DNA from: Bacterioplanes sp.
GTDB taxonomy: Bacteria > Pseudomonadota > Gammaproteobacteria > Pseudomonadales > Oceanobacteraceae
Direction: 5' to 3'
DNA: 13,200 bases
Assembly (NCBI GenBank): GCA_014859445.1
Contig: JACUUC010000046.1
Coordinates: 1 to 13,200 of the forward strand
A program made the translations under genes and the position numbers. The notes beneath the pieces were generated by a model. That model searched no databases, was not told the origin of the DNA, and saw only the letters and a program-made list of their open reading frames with translations. Positions 7,211-12,498 of the stretch are shown piece by piece. Each line of letters begins with the position of its first letter. The stretch's first letter is position 1.

Positions 7211-7663
7211 TTATCTTTTTGCGTGAATCTTCAAAAGCTTAGCAAAAGACTCCCGCTTGACTGCATCGGCCAGATCATCTTTGCAAAAATACAGCACTGT
7301 ACCAGCCTGTCCGGGCTGGGCTGAACCAATCACCTGGCCAGCGGCAGCAATGGCTGCCGCTGCGTGATGCTGCTGCATCAGATGCAAAATAGTCTTTTGC
7401 ACCCGCTCCAATGGCAGCAAACTGGCAAACACCACCGGCAGGCTTGGCTTAAGCTGACGTATTGCCAACAGCATCTCTTCGGCCGACTGCGGCAGCGGCG
7501 ACGACAAAGCCAAAGAAATAACGGCAACATCGGCGTTGGCCAGTTCGTCATTCAGCGCATCCAGCTGTGACAGACGGTTAAAACTAAAACCCTGCTGCTG
7601 CAGAAAAGGAGCCATCTCACTAACAATAAAAGGATGGGGCCTGGCAAGTAAAATATGTGGCAT
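7211..7663 (-). CDS. Hypothetical protein (150 aa), first gene of the operon; possibly a receiver-like alpha/beta fold lacking the acidic pocket
   Basis: ATG 7661-7663 has TAGGAAAAA upstream, and the gene ends 27 nt before the HD-GYP gene. I recognised no family signature. The alternating hydrophobic strand/helix pattern (HILLARPHPFIV.., DVAVISLAL.., LPVVFASLL..) loosely resembles a CheY-like fold, with Ser where the phospho-Asp would be. Confidence 0.5.
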   Translation of the reverse strand: MPHILLARPHPFIVSEMAPFLQQQGFSFNRLSQLDALNDELANADVAVISLALSSPLPQSAEEMLLAIRQLKPSLPVVFASLLPLERVQKTILHLMQQHHAAAAIAAAGQVIGSAQPGQAGTVLYFCKDDLADAVKRESFAKLLKIHAKR

Positions 7664-7757
7664 GATTTTTCCTAAGGTTGAATTGTAGTTGCATTGTGCT
7701 GCAAACTGCTTAGGCTAAAGGATTCATTAATCTTAGGAAGTTCTGCTGCGTACCACA
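7664..7757. promoter_or_regulatory. Divergent promoter region between the six-gene operon and the AraC-family gene
   Basis: 94 bp between divergent ATGs. It contains a TACAAT -10-like hexamer on the minus strand (7687-7682) and the inverted repeat TTGCA-N6-TGCAA (7689-7704). There are three CTTAGG/CCTAAG copies (7671-7676 inverted, 7709-7714, 7732-7737). Confidence 0.4.
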
Positions 7758-7793
7758 ATGACCAAAACACCGGCCTTATCTACCGAAACACCA
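7753..7793 (+). promoter_or_regulatory. Direct-repeat pair of the ACCAAAACACCG motif overlapping the AraC start codon (candidate operator/activator site)
   Basis: CCACAATGACCAAAACACCG (7753-7772) matches 11898-11917 at 18/20 positions. A degenerate second copy, ACCGAAACACCA, lies at 7782-7793, exactly 21 bp downstream. This is the same spacing as copies 1 and 2 in the bufA/trx intergenic region. Confidence 0.55.
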
Positions 7794-8678
7794 GAAGCCT
7801 TAGAACAGTTATTAGCACAATTGGCTTTTGGCTCGGAGCTGCATTTTGAGTCTGGCTTTTGTGACCACTGGAACCTGCTCACCACCAAATCCAGCAAAGC
7901 AGCCCTTCATGTGGTGACGCAGGGCCAACTTTGGATGGCGATTCCTGGTCGGCTTCAGGAACAAGTGCTACTGGAAGCCGGCGATGCTATTTTTTTCAGC
8001 CACAGTTTCCGGCATTGGCTAAGCGACGAGCCAGTGGATGAACACACCAGCGAAGTCGACTTTGCCAACTTCTGTGTGCCCAATCATGTTGAACGTGGTC
8101 TGGTCTGCTACGACATTGCGGTCGAATCCCCTCTCACCGCCAATCTGTTTCAGGTGATGCCGGACTACATTCACCTGCCTGCCAACCAGCAGTCCGGACG
8201 GCTCAGTCCACTGGTGCAACTAATCCAGCAAGAAGCCAAATCCCGTCAGCCTGGTTATCAGGCGGCTATCAGTCGCTTGAGCGATGTGGTGGTGTTGCAC
8301 TTGTTGCGTCAGGTGCTCAGTGACGACAGCATGCAACAAGGCCTGCTGGCAGCACTAAAAGATCCGGCGCTACGCCGGGTGCTACTGGCCATTATGGATG
8401 AACCGGGCGCTAACTGGACGGTGGAAAGCATGGCCGCTCTGGCTTTTTTGTCCAAAAGCGCCTTTGCCGAGCGCTGCCATAAAGTGATGGCTATGACTGC
8501 AAAAGCCTTGTTGGATAAGCTTAGGCTACAACGCTGCCGTTATCTGCTTATCCATACAGAGCTGAGTCTAGAACTCATTGCCGAACAAATTGGCTATCAA
8601 TCAGCAACGGCATTTATCCGCTTTTTTAAGCAACAAGAAAGCTTATCGCCCGGCGAATTCAGAGCATTGCATAACTAA
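7758..8678 (+). CDS. AraC/XylS-family transcriptional regulator with N-terminal cupin (AraC-binding-like) domain
   Basis: 306 aa. The N-terminal part (ALHVVTQGQLWMAIPG...LLEAGDAIFFSHSFRHWLSD) is cupin-like. The C-terminal dual HTH includes ..WTVESMAALAFLSKSAFAERCHKVM.. and ..LIAEQIGYQSATAFIRFFKQQESLSPGEFR. It is divergent from the 7663 operon. Confidence 0.85.
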   Translation: MTKTPALSTETPEALEQLLAQLAFGSELHFESGFCDHWNLLTTKSSKAALHVVTQGQLWMAIPGRLQEQVLLEAGDAIFFSHSFRHWLSDEPVDEHTSEVDFANFCVPNHVERGLVCYDIAVESPLTANLFQVMPDYIHLPANQQSGRLSPLVQLIQQEAKSRQPGYQAAISRLSDVVVLHLLRQVLSDDSMQQGLLAALKDPALRRVLLAIMDEPGANWTVESMAALAFLSKSAFAERCHKVMAMTAKALLDKLRLQRCRYLLIHTELSLELIAEQIGYQSATAFIRFFKQQESLSPGEFRALHN

Positions 8679-9241
8679 TCGCTGCCAGCTCCTCCTGTAG
8701 CGCGCGCTTCAGACAGTGAAAAGGATTTAACACGCTCAAACGGCAAGTGATCTCCTTCATCGGTACCATAATACGCCATACTAATACGTCCATTGCGGTC
8801 GATAAGAAAATCTGCTGGCATAGTGGTCATGCGGCCTTTGATGCCCAGCGGCAGATAACCGCGCATCATAGCTCTAAGCAGAGTCGGCATGCGTAATAGC
8901 ATGCCCTTCACCACGCCCAGCAGTGAATACTCAATACCGTATTCCCAGTAGAATTGATTGCTCTCATCCGCCAGCACCGCAAAAGGCGCTTTATGACCGC
9001 TCGCATGATGCTGCAGATTATCCAGCGGCGAGTCAAATACCGCGACAATAGTGAAGTCGTCGGCAAATTCATTGAAGCGGGACACTAATTCATGCATGCG
9101 CAGATTGCAAAACGGACAACTGGCAAAGCGAAAGAAAGACAGCATAAAAGGTCGCCCCTCCAGACTTCTCGTGTCAAACAGCTGGCCATCAAGTGCTGGC
9201 AACATGACGTGCGTCAGCTTATCTCCGGGTTGACGTTTCAT
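8675..9241 (-). CDS. Peroxiredoxin-like / AhpC-TSA (redoxin) family protein, CPFC motif, no signal peptide
   Basis: ATG 9241 is preceded by AAGGAG at 7 nt. It has a thioredoxin-fold signature: RPFMLSFFRFASCPFCNLRMHEL...IVAVFDS...FAVLADE...PADFLIDRNG. It is the last gene of the DUF2282 operon. Its stop codon overlaps the stop codon of the convergent AraC gene. Confidence 0.75.
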   Translation of the reverse strand: MKRQPGDKLTHVMLPALDGQLFDTRSLEGRPFMLSFFRFASCPFCNLRMHELVSRFNEFADDFTIVAVFDSPLDNLQHHASGHKAPFAVLADESNQFYWEYGIEYSLLGVVKGMLLRMPTLLRAMMRGYLPLGIKGRMTTMPADFLIDRNGRISMAYYGTDEGDHLPFERVKSFSLSEARATGGAGSD

Positions 9242-9286
9242 GACATAACTCCTTTTAGTAATTTTTAGTTAACTGCAGCTGAAGCA

Positions 9287-9823
9287 TTACGACCGTTTTT
9301 CAAGCCCCAGCCAGCGATCCAGCGAAAACAATCCTGGGCCGCGCGCGAGCAACATCAATAATAATGCCGCCCACCAGGCCGCAGGATTCCAAAAATGTGT
9401 CCAATCCGGATAAACGGCAAATTGAATAAAAAGGGTCATGCCCAGTAAACCCAATGCAGCAAAACGGCTAAATAGTCCCAGGATTAATAGCAATGGCAGC
9501 AGCACTTCCACCACACCTGCAGTTATTGCCATCGTTTCAGCCAGCCATTGGCCGAAAGCGCCCTCAGAGTATTCCAGCGTATCGGCATCGCACAATAACA
9601 AAGCACCGGGCCGAACAGGGTCCGGACAGAAAAATTCGTACATAAAAAGTTCGTATTTATTAACGTCAAACTGTAAAAAGCCATCCCATTTTGACAGGCC
9701 AGATTGTAAGAAAACCCGGGCCACCAACAAGCGCAACGCCAGCAAAGCAAGTGGCTCCAGCCAGCGCTGTAAAAACTGAGCTAATTGGTAGTAACGTGTC
9801 TGAATAGAAGTAACGAAAGTCAT
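9287..9823 (-). CDS. DoxX-family membrane protein (BufD/HvfX/GigT-like component of DUF692 RiPP clusters)
   Basis: ATG 9823 is preceded by AAGGAG at 7 nt. 178 aa with multiple TM helices. LALRLLVARVFLQSGLSKW is a DoxX signature. It sits immediately downstream of the DUF2063 gene (20-nt gap). Confidence 0.8.
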   Translation of the reverse strand: MTFVTSIQTRYYQLAQFLQRWLEPLALLALRLLVARVFLQSGLSKWDGFLQFDVNKYELFMYEFFCPDPVRPGALLLCDADTLEYSEGAFGQWLAETMAITAGVVEVLLPLLLILGLFSRFAALGLLGMTLFIQFAVYPDWTHFWNPAAWWAALLLMLLARGPGLFSLDRWLGLEKRS

Positions 9824-9843
9824 CAGTGGACTCCTTTAAAGCG

Positions 9844-10620
9844 TTAACGTATGCACAGCAGACCATGCTGTAACAACCCGGCAAAGCTGCCGCTGACATC
9901 GAAATGCTCATCCACCCTGAGAGCTGCAGATACCGCATCATGCAGGCAACAAGACTGAGTATTTAAAGCTTGCAGAAAGTGCCATTCTGCGGCAGACAAT
10001 ACCCGATACTGCAATGTATGATCGGCTTGTCGCCATAGCGCCCGACGGTTATGCTCTAAAGCAACCGTCGCCTGCTGCTGATAGCTGGGATCATCACGTT
10101 GCTGTACCCACAATGTCCAAACATCAAAATGCGTTTCAAGCAGTTCAACGCTTGAACACAATCCTAGTTTGAGCTTTTCAATATTGGTTCCCGCGTTGGC
10201 CAAATGCGAGATATCCTCCGCCGAAACTGCTTTTTGATCCTCGGCCAGCAAGCAATTCAGCCAACAACGTTCTAGCCTAGCCAGATCGCTCAACCACGGG
10301 CACTGATGTCGGGGCAACTGCGTTTGCAACCAATCAGGAAATTGCTGACCATACCAGGCCAGCACGGCATGCTCAGGCCGATGAATAAAAACATAATCTC
10401 TGGCCAATTGGCGGAACTGCTCGTCTGCCAACACCGAGCCACTGACAGGAAAGTTGTCAGCTAAAGCCTGCACTGATGCCTTCATGCTGCTGTTGCGATA
10501 CACTTGCAATCGTCGCCAATCTTCAGGTTTAGCTTGTAACCAGTGAGCCAGCGTGGTCTCAGCTTCACCTTGCAAATATGCAATAAACTGCTGATAAAAA
10601 TGAGGCTTAGCCTGCTGCAT
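9844..10620 (-). CDS. DUF2063-family protein (BufC/HvfC-type partner of the MNIO enzyme)
   Basis: 258 aa. The start overlaps the DUF692 gene by 14 nt. The N-terminal QQFIAYL...RLQVYRNS...L.DNFP region is typical of DUF2063. Its position directly 3' of DUF692 is the canonical pairing. Confidence 0.75.
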   Translation of the reverse strand: MQQAKPHFYQQFIAYLQGEAETTLAHWLQAKPEDWRRLQVYRNSSMKASVQALADNFPVSGSVLADEQFRQLARDYVFIHRPEHAVLAWYGQQFPDWLQTQLPRHQCPWLSDLARLERCWLNCLLAEDQKAVSAEDISHLANAGTNIEKLKLGLCSSVELLETHFDVWTLWVQQRDDPSYQQQATVALEHNRRALWRQADHTLQYRVLSAAEWHFLQALNTQSCCLHDAVSAALRVDEHFDVSGSFAGLLQHGLLCIR

Positions 10621-11479
10621 CTGCTATCTCCAGATAAGGTCGCAACACGGCATGAAGCCGCTCTCGCTCATTCAGTAAATCATCCAGAGCAGGAATACGA
10701 TCATCCCACTCCAATAACACGGGCCTCGGACCAAATCGCTGTAAGGCATAATCCAGTAAATTCAGGATGTCTTCTTGTGGTGCGTGATCGTGGCTATCAA
10801 TCAACAAACGATTGCCTTCAACCGGATCGGCTGAAAAACCTGCCACATGCAGCTCACCGACTAAATGCGCAGGGATTTGATCCAAATATTGCTTAGCATC
10901 CACACCACAATTGGTTTGGCTCAGGTATAAATTGGTTATGTCCAGCAACAAACCACAGCCGGTCCGTTGTGTTAACTCCACCATAAAATCAGCTTCATGC
11001 ATTTCATGCTGAAGCCCAACATAGTGGGTGGGGTTCTCGAGCAAAATAGCTCTGCCAATCGCTTCCTGATACTGATGTACTCCGTCCGCTAATTGCTGCA
11101 AGGCTGCCCGAGTTCGTGGAAAAGGCAATAAATCTGCAAAATATGCGTGCTGCACTCCTGACCACACCGCATGCTCAGAAATCAACGTTGGCTGAATGTT
11201 ATCTACCAGTGCTTTAACCCAAGACAGGTACTGAGTGCTGAGGGGTTCCGGCCCACCAAGAGAAGCACCAACACCATGTAGGCTAAGCGGAAATCGTTCC
11301 GCCATCGCCTGCAGAGCTGCCAGCCTAATTCCGCCGATGCCACAATAGTTTTCCGTATGCACTTCATACCAGATCCCTTTTGAAGCAACATCCAGTACCT
11401 CTGGATAGTGCTGAAGCTTAAGGCTTATACCAGTACTAAGCACGGATCCTGGCAGGCTGTTTGCGTTAAAATCTGCCAT
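10607..11479 (-). CDS. DUF692 / MbnB-like multinuclear non-heme iron oxidase (MNIO) RiPP maturase
   Basis: 290 aa. Motifs: GISLKLQHY...WYEVHTENY...PLSLHGVGASLGG...ISEHAVW...DLLPFPRT...AILLENPTHY...GCGLLLDITNLY...GELHVAGF...LIDSHDH...PVLLEWDD. This is the TIM-barrel DUF692 signature. Its start codon shares one nucleotide with the precursor stop codon (TGATG). Confidence 0.9.
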   Translation of the reverse strand: MADFNANSLPGSVLSTGISLKLQHYPEVLDVASKGIWYEVHTENYCGIGGIRLAALQAMAERFPLSLHGVGASLGGPEPLSTQYLSWVKALVDNIQPTLISEHAVWSGVQHAYFADLLPFPRTRAALQQLADGVHQYQEAIGRAILLENPTHYVGLQHEMHEADFMVELTQRTGCGLLLDITNLYLSQTNCGVDAKQYLDQIPAHLVGELHVAGFSADPVEGNRLLIDSHDHAPQEDILNLLDYALQRFGPRPVLLEWDDRIPALDDLLNERERLHAVLRPYLEIADAAG

Positions 11480-11844
11480 CAGGAGTTGTTACGATCCAGT
11501 TCAGATTTCGATGCCTGACCGTGTGGGGTGATGACATACTCGCAAACCCCTCTTGGAGTGAAAGTCCAAGCGTTGCCTTGAAAATCAATAGTTGATGAAC
11601 CTTCACAGCTAGTGCCAGCTCCGGCCCGGCAATCGTTCTGCCCCGCCAGGGCAATGCCATAGCATTTGTCACGGCGGCCCCGTACTCGCTCGCCGGCCAT
11701 CCATGTTTCAAAGTTTTGTTGCACCGCCTCAGGCGCATTTTCTGCCAGGCTAAGTTGAGCATTCGGTCCAGCCTGTGCCACACCCACAGCACTAGCCATA
11801 GCTACACCTGCCAGCAATAATTTGGTTAAGTTAGGTTGTTTCAT
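11479..11844 (-). CDS. DUF2282 / BufA1-type secreted Cys-containing RiPP precursor (bufferin-like metallophore)
   Basis: ATG 11844 is preceded by AGGAGA at about 7 nt. It has a Sec signal peptide ([25 protein letters not shown]|G). The core [43 protein letters not shown] carries four Cys (residues 61, 72, 80, 101; codons at 11662-11664, 11629-11631, 11605-11607, 11542-11544). This matches the DUF2282 pattern. Confidence 0.85.
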   Translation of the reverse strand: MKQPNLTKLLLAGVAMASAVGVAQAGPNAQLSLAENAPEAVQQNFETWMAGERVRGRRDKCYGIALAGQNDCRAGAGTSCEGSSTIDFQGNAWTFTPRGVCEYVITPHGQASKSELDRNNS

Positions 11845-11897
11845 GTGTATTTCTCCTGTTGTGAATACACTTAAAGTCTAGTCAAGTCGTGCAAGAG

Positions 11898-11938
11898 CCA
11901 CACTAACCAAAACACCGCAGCAATCGACCAAAACACTT
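11898..11938 (+). promoter_or_regulatory. Two direct copies of ACCAAAACAC(CG) spaced 21 bp, upstream of bufA1 (candidate regulator binding sites)
   Basis: Copy 1 is CCACACTAACCAAAACACCG (11898-11917). Copy 2 is ACCAAAACAC (11927-11936). The core starts at 11907 and 11928, so the spacing is 21 bp. The sites lie 54-94 bp upstream of the bufA1 ATG. Confidence 0.55.
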
Positions 11939-11961
11939 TAACTACCACTGAACAAAACGAA

Positions 11962-11974
11962 CCGGTGTTTTGGT
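11962..11974 (-). promoter_or_regulatory. Inverted third copy of the motif (ACCAAAACACCGG on the minus strand), upstream of trx-ccdA
   Basis: The plus strand CCGGTGTTTTGGT (11962-11974) is the reverse complement of ACCAAAACACCGG, an exact 13-mer match to 7761-7773. It is embedded in the imperfect palindrome AACAAAAC-N8-GTTTTGGT (11951-11974) and lies about 91 bp upstream of the trx ATG. Confidence 0.5.
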
Positions 11975-12064
11975 GGATTCAACGGGTGCGGTGGTTAATG
12001 ACGAAAATCCTTATCTCTCTCACACTGGTTGGCGAATCATCCACAACCTGAAGAGGACTTCTTT

Positions 12065-12496
12065 ATGAAAACCATGATTAATGTCGCGATTGCAGTCATC
12101 TCCCTGGCTGCAGCCGCTTTTTTCCTGCTGAGCCCGGCCAATGCTTCCACCGAGCATCTGCTCAAACACAAACAAGCCTTTACTGAAACCTCGTTTCGGC
12201 AAGCGCAAGCTGAAAACCGACTGATTTTGATCGATGTGTATGCGCCCTGGTGCCCGACCTGTCGCCGCCAGCACACCGTTTTAAATGATTATTTTGCCCA
12301 CAACCCCAACAGCGACATCCTGGTGCTGCAAGTGGATTTTGATAACCAGAAAGACTGGGTCACTTACTTCAAAGCGCCACGTCAGTCAACTCTGGTGTTG
12401 TATCGTGGTGAAGAGCAACTTTGGTTCAGTGTGGCCCAAACCCTTGAAAGTACCATCTTTGCCGAACTGAAAAAACACGACCAGGGCGCGGACTGA
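12065..12496 (+). CDS. Secreted/anchored thioredoxin-family protein (WCPTC active site)
   Basis: The track ORF begins at TTG 12029. I prefer ATG 12065, with AAGAGGA (12051-12057) 7 nt upstream. It has a signal peptide (MKTMINVAIAVISLAAAAFFLLSPANA|S) and a thioredoxin motif (LIDVYAPWCPTCRRQ). Confidence 0.8.
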   Translation: MKTMINVAIAVISLAAAAFFLLSPANASTEHLLKHKQAFTETSFRQAQAENRLILIDVYAPWCPTCRRQHTVLNDYFAHNPNSDILVLQVDFDNQKDWVTYFKAPRQSTLVLYRGEEQLWFSVAQTLESTIFAELKKHDQGAD

Positions 12497-12498
12497 TT

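Noticed and set aside
9438-9941. ORFs 9438-9779 (+), 9523-9750 (-) and 9666-9941 (-) overlapping the DoxX gene and the DUF2063 3' end.
   Set aside because: They are nested or out of frame relative to the DoxX ORF, which has a strong SD and a family signature. They have no motifs of their own.
11466-11792. 108-aa minus-strand ORF in an alternative frame of bufA1.
   Set aside because: The frame beginning at 11844 has the SD, a signal peptide and the DUF2282 Cys pattern. The alternative frame has none of these.
11998-12051. 17-codon upstream ORF (MTKILISLTLVGESSTT) whose stop overlaps the trx SD; a possible leader peptide.
   Set aside because: It has a weak SD (GGTGG at about 3-4 nt), no Cys or regulatory codon run, and no associated attenuator structure. 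It cannot be distinguished from chance without conservation or ribosome-profiling data.
12020-12276. Minus-strand ORFs (84 and 79 aa) opposite the thioredoxin gene, and the TTG-12029 extension of the trx ORF.
   Set aside because: The antisense ORFs lack any signature. The N-terminal extension MANHPQPEEDFF would bury the signal peptide, and it contains the AAGAGGA SD that serves the ATG at 12065.
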